Below the pieces are notes generated by a model. It was not told where the DNA came from, ran no database searches, and was given only the letters and a program-made list of their open reading frames with translations. Made by a program: the position numbers and the translations under genes. Of a DNA stretch of 64,000 nt, positions 27,601-42,600 are shown piece after piece (the first letter of the stretch is position 1; the number at the start of each line of letters is the position of its first letter). Origin of the DNA: Raillietiella orientalis. Taxonomy: Eukaryota. Location: NCBI GenBank assembly GCA_036172245.1, contig JAYWIR010000003.1:6076001-6140000 (forward strand), given 5' to 3'.

Positions 27601-30600
27601 TTATTCATGCATCTTTTTCTTTTTCTTCATCTAGTGTATACTTAAGGGGTGAGAGCAGGTTGGCAATGTCCTAGCTGCAAGATCTGCCAAATCTGTCGCC
27701 AATCAGGCAATGAACTTCAGCTGATTGTCTGTAGTTCTTGTGATAAAGGTTATCACACATCCTGTGTTCGTCCTGCTATTAATTCTACCCCTAAACATGG
27801 ATGGAAGTGCAAAGTAAGTTTAGTGTGGAATTATTACAATAGTATCAAGCGTTGTATTCAGAATTGCAGAATCTGTACAGACTGTGGATCACGAACTCCT
27901 GGTTCTGGACCATCATCTCGCTGGCATAATAATTTTACTGTTTGTGATTCCTGTTATCAGCAGAGAAACAAAGGACAATGCTGCCCAGTTTGTAAACATG
28001 CATACCGTCATTTTGCACAGCGTGATATGATTCAGTGTTGCATGTGCCGCAAGTAAGCATATGGGTTTCATTAGTAATGTTGTTATTTTTATGATATAGG
28101 TATGTGCATAGCCACTGTGATACAGAGGCAGATCCAGCCACATGGAACCAAAAATATAAGCTCGTACCCCATTTTAACTATAAGTGCCCCTTATGTAGAG
28201 CAGGAGGTTTTTCTTGTCAGCTTCAATGTAACCGACAAATTCTTAATAATGTTTGATTCCTTCTGTTTCTTTGTAGCAAAGGAGAGGTTTGCATCTGATG
28301 CTGATGGAAATAGCTGTAATGTAGAATCAAGTTTAGCTCGGGATATTGATATGGTAATTGAAATGGTGATGCAGTAGTGACTAACAATTCATTTTTTTTT
28401 TCTACAAAAACTTACTGCAGGATGAGGAACCTCATTTGAGCAGATCTCATCTAGGGTTAGGTCGAGGAAAGCCCTTATGTCAACTTAGCAAAAAACGTAT
28501 TGGTTCAGGACGTCCAAAGGGATCAGGAAAGCTTCATGCCTTGACAGGAAGATGTGGTTTTCAAAGAAAAACTTCCAAGTTTATGGATTTTCGCAGGAAA
28601 AAAGAATCAAGAAGTCGGCTTCGTCCAGCTCTTTTGGGTGTGACAAGTCCATCAGCTAACAATAGTACTTTCCATGGACCAAAACCAAAAGAAGATCTAG
28701 GAGGGGAAAATCGCATGATTCTTTGTTCCGGAGAAGATGAGTTTGTACTCAGTCAAGATGTGTGTGTTATGTGTGGCGCACTTGGTCAAGGTCAAGAAGG
28801 ACGCTTAATTTCTTGTGCTCAGTGTGGTCAGTGTTACCATCCTTACTGTCAGAGAGTTAAAGTAAGCACACATGGAAATTAAATGGCAGAATTCCGTTTG
28901 ACTTCTAGGTAACGAAAGTAGTACTGCAAAGAGGTTGGCGTTGTTTAGATTGCACTTTCTGTGAAGGATGTGGTCAGCCACATGATGAGAGCAAGCTTAT
29001 TTTATGTGATGAATGTGATGTATCCTACCATATCTATTGTTTAGACCCACCTTTGTCATACGTTCCTGAAGGAACTTGGAAATGTAAATGGTATTTGTAA
29101 TTAGCATATTCAAACCTGTCGATGCTTACACATTTGTTTAGGTGTGCTGTGTGTCAGCAATGTGGTGCTTCAAGTCCAGGTGTCAATTCTGTTTGGCAGG
29201 CTAATTATACTCTTTGTGGGCCATGTGCATCTATTAGTATTTGCTCTGTCTGTCAGCGTGCTTATAATGACAATGACCTTGTCATTCAGTGTGTGCAATG
29301 TGACCGTTGGCTACATGGAATATGTGATGCTATTAAGAACAAGATAGATGCTGAAAAATGTGTAGAACTGGGTTATACATGTATCTTATGCCGACCTAAA
29401 GAGTCCCTTCCCCCTCATCTCAATCCTCCACCATCTCCAGTTAGACTTTCTTTATCACCCACAAATTCTGGTGAGGAACAATTTGGGAAATTATTCATTT
29501 CTTTTGTATGTTTGTAGACACATCCCGCTATAAATCTCCAATGCATTTCTATATGGATGGAGTGTTTCTCTCAGAAAGTGGCATTCAACATATGCGTTCA
29601 TTACAACTTGGAGCACCCAAAAAGAGAAAACCTAAACGAATAGAAGGCCCTGTCAAAGGAAGTGACACCATATTGGCAACTATTGAGTCTGTTGTGGCAG
29701 GATGCAGTGATGTAATGCTAGAAGCTCCTGATGATTCCCAAGATAGTACAGAAAGCAAAGGAAGAGAAAAAGAGTGTGATTTGTTATTTCTTGATGAAGA
29801 AGCTAGGAAGCGTAAGAAAGCACGTAATGCTCAGCGTCTAGGTAATTTTTACAAATTATTATGTGAGCTGGAAAGCATAATTCTTGCTAGGAATTGGAGG
29901 CTTTCTTGTTAGATCTCGTTTCAAACGACCAGATGATCATGGTGACAAGGAAGATAGTGAGTCTATGTATTCAATGGAAACTGATAAATTTAAAAGAAAA
30001 GCACGAAGACCTCTTAAAAGCAGAGGCAAAATTTTGGAATCTTTTCCTCCTTACATCCAGGTAATGGAATTTCTATGGACCTAACTCTATTTATGAAAGC
30101 AGGAAGCTTTCTTTGGTAAATTGCTCATTGATTCTTTACAAATCCCTAAAGAAGAGGACATAATAAGCAAAGAGAAAGGAAATGAAAAGTTGGCAGATGA
30201 CTCTCTCTTTCCAGTCACTCAAGTAAGATCTCTTGCTTTGTCTGTTCTATACATGGTCTTTAGGTCAAGACTTTGCAACCATCTCCTATTAGCCCTGAAT
30301 TAGTTCCTTGCAACCCTGAAAAGCCATTGGTTCATCGCCCTCTTGCACATGTTGTCAAGGTAAACATGCACTTATAAAGTTCTAACAGTTCATTACAGTT
30401 TCAGGAAGAAGAAGAAACAGAGTCTGAATCTTTAAAAGATATTCTTCCCGGAGATCTTTTTAGTGATGATCTTGTGCAAACTATTTTTAAAGAAGAAGTA
30501 TTGATAAAAGAGGAGCCTTCAGATAGTTCTTCAGCAGAATCTAGTGCAGTCCCTGGGGCATCCAAAGACCATCTCACTGATATTCTACATTCTACATTTA

Positions 30601-33600
30601 ACATTTCTACGACAGGTATAGCTCAAGTGCTTTATAATTCAAACATTGATTCAAACATTGTATTCTTTTTTTTTAGGGCTACCTGCCATGGACAGCAGAG
30701 ATGTTGAGGAGCTACTCAAGGATATGGAAGGAGTCCGGAAAGGTGACAGAAGTCAAGTAGTATCACAGCAGGCAGAATGTCTATCTCCAGATACACCAAA
30801 GGACATTCAATCCTCTGTCTCTAATAAGAACATTATACTGTAAGTTTCCAAGATTGTGACATTCGCTTATTGTTTAAAGCAGGAATCCTACTGATACCTG
30901 GCCTCCAACTCCAGACCAAGAAGAAGGTGAAAAAGTAAGCTGCAATCAACGCAGCTTTTATAAGTGGGAATCAGAAGAGCAGTTAGGAGCCAGTGCCACA
31001 ATTTCAGCTGTTCTTTTTGCAAATTTAAATCATCCGAATTTAAAAACAGATTTCCCAAGTAAGAGCTCCAATGATAAAAGTAGCACTAAAATGTATTGTA
31101 GAGTGGCCAGAGCGTGCTAAACAAATCTATAAAATTTGGCGTTCCTTGCCAGGAGAGAAACGGGCCCCTTATTTGCAGAAGGCTAAAGAAAATCGTACTT
31201 TGCTAAGGGCTCAAAAAAACCAACAGGTGAGCAAATGTTTCATATTCATTTTTATTGTATACCTCTTTATTTTGGATTAATTATAATATAAGCAGCCTGC
31301 TTTTTCTTATCAGTTCTTACTGTTCCTTTTTTTGATCTTCCTGATTCTCTGGTATTTCATAGGGTAGGTAGTGATTGAGTTCCATGTTTTTGTGCCAATG
31401 CTTTTCTTCATATTTTATTTGACTCTGTCGTTTCTAATAGTTGTGTTTTGGTGCCTAAAATTGAGTACTTTTTCCATTTTAAAGATGAGTATTAAAAGCT
31501 TTTGAATCAGTTTTTCAGATTAAAATAAAAAGCATTCATGAGTTTTTTCAAATTTATTTTTAATAAATTGCATCTACTTATTTAAGTCTTGAATGATGGA
31601 GTTAGCCTTATTGTAATAATAAATAACAATTCATTGAAAGATTCGATTGTAAACACAGTAATAAATTCCAATCAGTTTGCAGTATAACAAAAAAGTATGT
31701 TTTGTTTTGCAAGACAGCAAGGTTACAATGTATGTTTCAAAAATAGAAAGCATGAATTTTATTAAATTGTTCACGAACATTTAAAGGGTAGAATAGTTTC
31801 AAAGGAAGTGAACTTTTTGATATAAAGACAATAGAATCCATTCATTTGAAATTAAAAAAGAAAAATTCTGGGTAGATTTGACAAAGTTGAAATTTACATA
31901 AATTTCGAGATATTCCCCAGATGATTTCGAGATATTTTCGAGATGAAAAAGTGAAGCATTTGTTTAAAAATTCCATCATTCCAACTGGAGTTTAAAATTT
32001 TGCTATTTTCTAATCAGAAACCTTTGGGTTACTGTTTTGACTTTGATGTCTTGCATGTTGACTTTTTTTGGATGCGTGATTTAGAACATGACCACAATTA
32101 TTATTCCGAAGTTCTTAATATAGATTTTGTAATGTGCTCTCCTATGGGATAATTTGATATATTATGCAGTGAACAGAGTCTCCCAAGAAAATTACCCAAT
32201 TTTGCTGATTTGGGTCAGCAGCATTATTTTTACTTAGTCATATTTAAGTTTGTTTAAAAGATATGCTGCACCTTGTGCTTTAGGGTTTCGGCATTGCTTA
32301 CATGATTATGTTAAGAGCATTGCTGCATTTTTAAGCATAGCAAAATAAGTAAACTACTTGATGCCACTTTGCTATGAGTTGGAGTCTGAATTATGTGCTA
32401 GTTGGAGAACATAAAGCTTAACTGGTGAGAAGTTTGTATCTGGAAAATGTCTGTGGGATGCTGTTCCTATGGTCAAATGTTCTATGTTTCTGAAACTTTT
32501 TTTTTAGTTGTTTCTTTTCTTAAAGTGTGCAAGATATCTGGAGTACCCCATTAATTTGTGCATTTACCTGATTGGTTATTCACTTAAAAAACAAAGTTTT
32601 AGTTTTGCTAAGTAATGTGCATACATACCAGTGGTTTATGTGCACATCCTTTAGCATTTTTCACTCCTAGCAAAGCACGGCCAGTTTATTAGCTGGCATC
32701 TTCTTCAGCAAATAAAATAAATCGTTATCATTTTTTATGAATCTCTTGGGGTACTCAAATTCGAAAATCAGAGGCAGGACTGTGTCTTATTTCAACATAG
32801 AAAATGTTTTGATACTCTTTGTTTGATAAAAGACACAAGTCAAGTTGAATCAGAATATCATTAAAAAATAGATAAAATGCAGACTTCGTTTTTTCCAAAA
32901 AAGGAATTTAAAATCAAGTTTGTTGAGTTTTTGCTAATCAGTTCGTAGCCCACAATTTTTCTTTTTCTTAACTCGTTTTATCAAAATCAATGTAGCATAG
33001 TTGTTTTAAGTGAATGGTTTTGTCCTTCAATCCATATTATGTTTTATCGAATTGGTAGCCTGAATTTAGATTTATATTTTATACATGTGTGTCTTTGTTA
33101 TTTCCGGAATTCCAATATGTATTCTTTGTGACTGGATGGTCATTAACATCCTTTTGAATTCACAAGTTTAGCATCCCTGGGTGATAGTATTAAATTTGGA
33201 ACTCATCTTTGTTTTGTTACAGGAGACTGGAGGTATAATAACAAAATCGTGCAGGGAGTTGGAACCTGGGCAGCACTGGAGTTTGATACAGATTGCAAAT
33301 TCCAAAAAAGGAATAGTGGAGATGCCCCAAACAGGTATTTTGTTTTCTATGGTTTTTGATTTAATTTTTGTTGTAGTTCCATCTTCTAACTTTGTAGAGA
33401 TGTCTCCTGGAGATAACAGTATGCCAGTGACTTTTCATCAGGTAAAATTAAGTGTTTAACTTTCATTGTTCTAAAGTTTTATGGATTTTGTGTTTTGGAA
33501 ATGTGCTACAAACAGTATATTTGTAAGGCATATTTCTAAAATAAAGGCATTTTTGTTTTAATTATAGTGCAGACCTTCTAGAATCTGCTAGAATTCTCCT

Positions 33601-36600
33601 TTTATAGCATTTCTAGCTGCTTATCGTATTTATTTGCAATTTGATTTATATTCTGTAGTGGTGTTAGGGTTTATTAATAGATGTATATGGTCCCTGTTTT
33701 TGTTTGGCATTGAATTTCTTTCCAGAAACAAAAAATAACTCAGTTCCAAATAATGAGTTCCTACTTGTTTCAGAAATAATTTGTTCCAAATAATTTGACC
33801 AGAAACTCTTATTAATTCTTAACTAATAATAATATGGTAAGAAAGAATGGAGTAGGGGCAGAGAAAAGCAGAAGGAAAAACAAAAAAAAAAGATTCTAAA
33901 GTTAAGAGCGTAGTTTTGTTTGCATGTACTGAACATAAAGAAATTTTTGGAAATAGTAATGTGGCTTATCCAAAGAATTGAAAACTAAATCGAAATCAAG
34001 GGGGGAAAGGATACTAAAAAGCAATCATTATACGAGAAAAAACAAACAAAAACAAGGAGTCAGGCGTGCTTATTTTAAAAACAAGTGAATGAAATTACCT
34101 GAGCAGGTTACTTGAGACAGTAAGCTGTCTAAGAAATCAATTCAAGAAAATAATGTTGGCATGTAGGCAAATTTGCAAATTGTGAATATGAAACATCAAA
34201 GGGGCTCATTTCTCTGTAGAATTTTCCAGGCAAACAAAGGCATTTAAAATGTAATGTCACATTGTACTCTAATTTTTCTATTGTATCGAGTGATCAGCGA
34301 TAAAAATAAGTTTCTTAATGAATGTAGAAGAAGCCGAAAATTGGTTGCAATGGAGTCGAAAATTTATTGTAATATAGTTTTAAAGTAAAAACGTAGGGAT
34401 AGTAATGCAGATGTTTGTGTAATTTGTATGAATTGTCCTTCGTTTTCGTTGAAGGGTAATTCATACGAAGTATATAGAGAAAAACCAATTATAAGCGTTT
34501 ATTTCTGTAAGGCAAATAAAAAATAAAGAAGGATGAATGGAACTATTATCTATGTATTGTATGTTATAACAATTAATATTTATGTACTTGTGTATGCTTA
34601 GTAAATAATAGTAGAGTGCAAGAGGGAGTTATCCGTGATTCCGTTTTAAATAATGAGTGTAGCAATTACCAATGACACTGTAAATGATATGATAGTTACC
34701 ATTAATGGTTTGATTGAAAACAAAACTTCTCAACATATTCCTAATATGGATTACAATGCTCATCATGGGCTATTTTCTCCTTACATTTTTTAATGTATTT
34801 TTCTCCCAAGAATAACATAAACTGATAAAAAGTTTAATAAAATGAGAGTGTACATTTCCCCCACTTTCTCGTATGGTTAATTTCTGCCTCGAAAATCTTT
34901 GTGTATTTGTTGAAATTGTTTTAATTTTCAACATCCTTATTTGCAGAATCCTTTGACAAGGATACCACTCCAGTCACCTATATCATCTCAGCACATTAAG
35001 ATATCTATTCCATCGTCATCAAATGTCACTTTTTCTACTGGAAAGGCATACAGCAAAATTCCAGATTGCCAAGCCAATTTTTTCTCTGATTCCATTCTCC
35101 ATTATACAGTTTCATCCTCAGCTGATCATCTTGCTTCTTGCAGAGCTTTATCCTCAAATACTGTGGAGTCTGCTGCTTCTCCATCCACAAAATTTTCAAA
35201 TTTTGCAAACCAATTTCCTCATTGTAAAGAAATGCCATCCCACCCATTATCCCAGCCTAATGTTCCTGCAGAAAGTTTTTTATCTTCTTTGGATAAGTCC
35301 GATCCACTTGATGTATCATTAAACCAGATTTCTGTACAGTCCAAATCACCACTGCAGCCTCCTTCTGGATATGCATCTAAGCCTTTTGAATCTTTAGGGC
35401 ACCTTCAGTCTTCACAGAGTTGTAAGAATAGTTCAAAGACAGTGCAAGAAGTATCCAGTGGCAAACCAGTTTATCACATTCAGCAATCCCCTGTAGCACA
35501 GCATTCAAATTCAAAGCCAAGTTCTCCTGTGACCAATTCCCTAGCACTATCATCAGCGTCAGATGTTCCAACTGTTAATAATGTGACTTTGACAGAAAAT
35601 TGTCATGCAATGCCAAGACAGCAGCTGAGAGATCTTTTGTCACAAGAACAGCAACAAGCAACATCGAAAATATGGTCTCAGGGTAATTATTTTTATTGCA
35701 GCATTCCTATTTTTCATTTAGAGAAACAAGGCAATGTCAAGATGAATCCACAATTTCGTCAGCCTTTCCCACCAAATTTGTTGATCCGATCACCTGCATC
35801 CGTCACAATTCCTGGTAGTCCTGTGGATACTCCAGTAAGATCTGTGCCTGATAAAAGAGAAATTCCTTCTACTCAAGATCACCAATTTATGCAGGGTAAG
35901 TGTTTGTTATTCACCTTTTCCTGGTTTATTGTAGTAAATGCACAAAGGAATACATAAATGCATTTCTATTTTTTCTCTCTAAATTATTGATATGTGAACA
36001 AAATAGTAAAGTATTCTTTACAAACAATCTATAGTGTGGATTTTTCTTGCATTTTCTCATCAGTAGTGTACATGTATGTATTTAATTTTTCGATATAAAA
36101 ATTGAGACTGCAGCTTGTCTTTAATAAATCAATGAAATCATCATGAAAGCCTTGTTAAATTATTCATAGAAATGACCGAGTTGCTGACTTATATAAGTTT
36201 CCTTTTATGACTGTTTGTCTATAATAAGTTTCGAGTTTTCAAGGGATACCTGCAAACATATGTAAATTTAATATTCATTGTTACACAGAGAGAATACGAA
36301 TGCAACAGTGCGAGCAGTTGTTGGTAATGTTAACTATCTTGTCAGAGTACCTTTATTTAAAATTTTTTTCAATGAACCAAAGGGCGTTGTATGCTTAGTT
36401 AATAAAATAAAGGTCAAATCCTAAAATGTAATGTAAGGAGACTGTTGTATGCAATTTGATCATGAAGAGAGAGAGACATACATATTTCTTTTTATTGGTG
36501 TAGTTCAAGATCCATGTTAAAAGTTATTGTATGAAAAGTGAAAAGTAGAAGACTTTTGGAATAGGTCATCTTGTAAGCCTTATCTAGAGAAGGTACAAGA

Positions 36601-39600
36601 AAGGATTTAAAAAAACCGATCTGATTTTGAATTATGATATGAATATCACAATTTTAGGCATTCAGTTTTATATGTATTTGTATTGTTGAACTCATTTCTA
36701 GTTTTCCAAGTTATTGATTTTCATCATTCTCTTTGAAATCCATGTTTCTGATGAGCAGTAACAATAATTGAACAGAAACAACATAATTTGTTTTTTTCTT
36801 GTTTTGTTTAATTTAATTGCAACTCTTCTCAACTGTAGCATTTATCTTCACTGTCTCCATCTTTTTTTAAATAAACTTTGTTGCTAATTTTCAATCATTA
36901 CTTCTCAATATTTGATTGCAATCTGTTTACTGTCCCTATGTTTAATTTGATTATTCTTCATACGTTGTGATTTTGGGACCCGGAAGCCATTTTGCACCAT
37001 ATTTTATGGAACTTGGGGCCTCTTCTACAGCAGCAGGTAGTCAGAAATCTCTCTCCATCATCATCTCTATCATCTCTTTCCGCTCTTTAGAAACGCAATG
37101 CGTGCATCGGAATATTTTTTTGTTTGCCAAATATTCTTTTAATGCCCTGGGCCTCGAGTGTCCCGTACCGTGCATAAATTCTAATATTGAAGATCCAGTT
37201 TGAGTTTATATTTTTCGTCATGGCCCGATCATAATATTTTCTTTTTTTTTTTTTTTAAATATTATCTCTTTTTGCTCTACAGTTAGCCTTAAGTAATTAT
37301 TTTTTTTACTTTTTGTAAACAAATGATTTTAGCAAACTGATTTCTACATTATTCGGTTGTTTCTTCCTGTGTATTTTTTGAAGTTGAGACTTATATTGTT
37401 TCCGCAAGATTCTCAAAACGCAGACCCTAGATTCAGAAAGTAATGTGCATATTAAAAATCGGGAATTTAAAGCGAATTAAAAAGCCGAAAATACGCAAAG
37501 AGAATCTTGGTAATAGGTTGAAATCAAGTTAAGACGTTTTTATAAAACTCAAATGCTTAAAGAAACATTTAAGATGTTTGCTTTCCTTTAAGCTGTATTC
37601 AGAGTTAATATGTATGCTTTAGTTGTTTTAATGGGATGTGAAAATTGACACATTTTGGTTGTGAACTTAATATTTGATAGTTTCGATAGATGATAATTCT
37701 TAATAACTGATTTATTTCATCGGACTATGTTTGAGCTTTCCATAGCACCAGGTTCAGTGAATGCCATAGAACAAATATTGACTGTAGTTTCCTTCTGTGA
37801 TCAAACTACCTGTTCATCATTCTATCATTGTAATTGTGATCATTGGACCTGCGTAAAATTAGCTTTTTAAGTATTGCAAGTGATTAATGAATGAACCATG
37901 AAGACATCGATAGCAGTTCTTAATGAATAATAAGTTCTCAATTCAAGCACGTGCAGAAAAATTCGCAAAGTAACTTTTCTGAACTTGAAATGATACTCTG
38001 TGAGAGCATTTTTGAGAGCATTGGCATTAATTATTAATTCCGAGTAATTTGCTTGCTATTTATGGTTGACCATTTAATATTTATAGTTGATCCATGTTTG
38101 AAGACTTGCTTGGCGTTTTTCTTCAAGAGCAGTCATGGAATTGTTAACTTTTGTGTACTTATACAAGTATTTGCCTGTTGATCCAATTACCCATTTTGGT
38201 TGTTTCGTAAGCCTTTTGTAAAGAGTTTAAGCATCTTTGGACACATGTTAGTTATGTGTTGCAATGATTTACAATGATTGTGGCAGTAAATCACAAAACT
38301 GTTGCATCATGCCGATTTTACACAAGGAAAGTGGCATTGCCTTTGTTAAATACAATGAAATCCCGGGTGAAAGTTTTGCGCATTTTAAATCCATTTAGGT
38401 GCTGCACAAACTATTTGAATGTATGATTATGGTTATGTGTACTGGTTAGATTGTATGAAAGCTGCTGATTCATTGATTCATTGTATGAATGCTTCATCCA
38501 GAGAAACTGTCAGAAATCGGTCACAATTTTATTGTTGCTCATGAGTATAAGCGTGTGTGTTTTTTTTTTTCTCCAAGGACATTTATCTAATACGGGAAAT
38601 ATTAACAAGCCTCCAGCAAGTTTGAAAACGGAATTAATACAGAAAGCTAGTGCTCCAGGATGTGTTCCAGAATCCCATGCTTTTGTAGAACAGTTTGTTG
38701 CCAAACTCGAAGGTCTGCATGAGAAAAATAAGCAGCGTTCATGCCCCTCTGCTATGGGCTCTGCAGAATGTGTCAAAGGCTCCAGTGATCCCAAGCTTGG
38801 AGCAGAAATAGGAAACTCGGAAACAGTAATACCTGAAGAACATCATGATGAAGTGGGTGATTTGGTTTTGGAAGAGGAAGATCTTCTTGGTAAGAACACT
38901 ACAAAAATGCGGATCATATACTGATTTGGTGTAGGAATCATGGGGGAGTTTGATATTCTAGAATATGCTGATCCTGAGTTACTTCAGGGAGGGGAGACAA
39001 GAAATGCTAATCTTTTGGAAGATCAATTGGAATTACTTCAAGATGTTCGATTAGACAGGAGAGAGTCACGTCTTCAGACAAATGAGTATGAATGTCGATA
39101 TGTGAACTGATTGATGCCAAGTTTTCCCAGAACATCAAAGAGCTGTTCCAGTGAAGGACCTACATATATAACAACTGCTGAAGCTCCCTTATTAGCTGAA
39201 GTAAAACATCCAGTTACTCTTAGTTGTGAGTACATGAGTGGTGCAGTTTTCATTTAGCTATTTTCTTCTCTTTTTTTTATTTTGGTGAAATTTAGTGGGA
39301 CTAACTCCATCATCAAAAACAGTGGTAAATGAGCCAATTTATTCTTTTGCTGCCAGAAGAATGCCATTTGAGATGCAAGAAATCAAAAGACCTTTAATAT
39401 CTTCCCCGTATCGTGGACCTCCCCCTCCTTATCCTGGAGTACAGGTATTAAATCTGTTGTAAACGTTTAAAAATAAGACGTATATGTCTATGTTTTTTGT
39501 ATACCTTTATTCATAAGTTTAGTCACTTTTACAAGTTTCCGTATCATTATAAAGTATTCATGTTTGTATCCAGCAGGATCAGGCTTTGCTCTTGGATGAT

Positions 39601-42600
39601 TTTCTTGAACAAGAAAAAAGGAAACAACAGCAAGCTCTCATAGAATCTTCACCAGTTTTGCTATCGGATGTTGAATTTGAGAAATTGAAAGCCGATATTT
39701 TGAATGTTCCTTTGACCGAGGGGAGACCTGTTATTCAGCCTACGTATACTCAAGTTTCTGACTGGCAAAAAACTGAAACTCAATCTTCTCAGCCACCAAA
39801 AGATAGTAGTTTCCATTCCGGTAAACATTATATTTTATGACTGCCATCAGTTTCCAGTTTGTTTTCAGCCTTATTGCAAGCACCATGCCCCCCTTTACCA
39901 ATCTGTACATTTTCGGCTCCTCCTCTTCCACCTGAAAATCCTGTTACCGAACAAGATCGGCAGCTTCAGCAACAGTATGAGAAGTGGCTAGGACAGTATC
40001 TCCAGAAACTTCATTCTCAACAGAAGTTCTTTGAAACGGAAGTTGGTAAACTTCGCAAACAGCGAAAGGTGTTGTAAAATTTGTAACCATTGATTATTTG
40101 TGGTTGTTAGTCCTTGACTAGTCGTCAGCGTCAGCTGCGCAAAAATGGTCAAGAGTTGAATGATGGTGATCAGCTGGAGCTGAGTCGGATCACTAGTGAG
40201 CAGCAAGGGCTGCAGAAACAACTCGAGCAGATCCGCAAGCAGGTTCGCCAGCATTCTATGCTCATCCAAGATTACAATAATAAGAGGCAGATAGCGTCAT
40301 CAGTTGGGGGGATGGTTAAGCCTCCTACTCCTGGAACAAGACCTTCTTCTTCTCCTCTTCATAGACCCAGTACCCCGATGTCTACACCACATTCACCACT
40401 TTTGTCACCATCCTCAATGCCTAGTCCTATGACACCATCTCAGCAACAATCTCCCAGTCCCTTACTGTCTCCTCATTCTGTTGCTATGACTCCTTCCCCC
40501 CGTATGCATGGCCCTTCAACTCAGGTAATGAATCTTGCATTGGTTATGTAGTGTATTCTCATGTGTTTCATAGGGAGATTCAGCATATCATGTTGGCACA
40601 CGTTATTCAGTGTTATCAGATGAAATACCTTATGTGATGGCAGCGCAACGTATGTATGGTGGTGACCAAGCTCCTCGAATGGTTCGATCGGACACGCCAG
40701 CGAGGTAACTTTTTCAGCACATGTTTGCCGTTTTCACCATATTTCCTAGAGCTCCTATGCACCCAGCTCAAGGACATCACTACCAGCGGCCTCCAGAACT
40801 GGTTAGGCCCCGCCTTCAGTATTCTCCAGCAACTACAAATTATCAATACTCAAATGCTCAGAATCAGCAGCTTCTCTCACCACATAGCCCCTACTCACCA
40901 TTATCTCCACAACTGCGATCTCCTCAAGGGACAAAAATTAATCTTATTAATATGGGAAATTTAATTCATCAGCCATCACCACATACTTCCCAGTACAGTC
41001 CACAGGGACCATCTGAGTCACAATGTGTTGTAAGTCCCGGATCCCTTCCAAACATCAGTGGACCTCCAAAAGTCATCACTTCCGGTATCCATATGCGACG
41101 CTCTTCGGGTGGCATGAGTGTTGTTGGATCACCTATAAACAGTGAATTTGAAAAGCCCCAAAGTGTGGACACATCTCTGTCTCTAATGCAGCCTTCATCA
41201 TCTCCCAGTAGGGTTTCCACTCTTAGTGACTCAGCATCTTTGACCCCACTTTCTGATACGAGAACTTCTGGGAATCAGGGAATTAGTTTTACTCCTTTAT
41301 CAGCAGTATTTAATAATCCTCAAAATCCAATGGGCAGAGGAGGCGGTGGTTCCAACAGCAGCATGTTGCCCTTCTCTCAAATCGATATTCTGGCAGTATT
41401 CAAAACTGGATTGAAAGGAGGGAATCCGATGTATGCAGGAGATTCCTCCAATAAAGCTGAAGGACAGTCTGGTAGCAATGCAGAAAGCTTACCATCTTCA
41501 TCATATCAGGCAGCTTTGCTCCAGCCTCCAGTTAAAGGAGAACTGCCATCAGTGAAATTAAATGTGATTCCTGTTACAAGTACTAAAGTAACTACTTCCA
41601 AGTTTCTTTATAAGAACTCAGGTGACTCAGATGCTTTTGTTTTTCCCAGTTCACATGGAAGGGAATCAGTTCAGACTAGTACGAGTGGAATGGAGCTGTC
41701 TTATGCAAAAGAATCACTTGTTACTGAGCACATGAAATCTAATGAGTCTCAGTTGTTTCAGTTGTTAGCATCTGAACTGTTGCAGAAACCAGAAACTGCT
41801 CCTGCTAAAGTAGGAACTAAAATCGAAGAATCAGGAAACGTGCTTTTAAAGCAGTTGTTGGAACATGCTTCTTCGAGTTCTGGCCAGCTCACAACCACCA
41901 TGTCTTCCACGTTGTCGAGTAAAGCATCACAAGTTCCTCAGCCCCCAATGCCATGCCTTGCCACCACAGGCATTTCACCCGTAGCGTCCAAAATTCAACC
42001 AGTTCCCAGTTTGCCTTCTAACCAAGCTCCTTCCTTACTCCAAAATACTTTAAGCCCTGCAGTTGTTGCTAATGCTCAGATGGAAAGTGAAAGCATATCA
42101 GAAAAACAGTCTTTGCAGACCGTACCAGGCTCCAAGACCACCAGCGGTATTTTTTTCCAAGAAAGCAAACTGCAAGAGTCGAATCAAATGGTTCGGTCAC
42201 AGGAAGTTACAGTGCCTTTGCATAACGAAACCTTAATGGAGCAAAAGCTACTCTTTTCTAAAAAGGAGATAACTGATTTGCTAGGATCCCCGTCTGATTT
42301 TAACAGTCTTGAAGCAGGTTTGTGGTCAGTCATGTATTTTCCTAAAGAAAGTTTTATGCAGAGCGTAAGCGGCAGAAGGAATTGGAAATCCGTCGGGCGA
42401 AACGTCGCCTGTATCAACAGAAGCGAAGACAAATTCGCCAAGTTAATAAGGATGCAGGCGTTCCTGCTAATCTAGTACCAAAAAAAAAGCCTCGTAAAGT
42501 TCCCAAAGAAGAAGACTATGATGCCTATATTGCCAGCATGATGAGCCAGTTGCGATCTCTTCCATCCTTGAAGATCTGCGAGCCGTCGTTGAAGCCGAAT

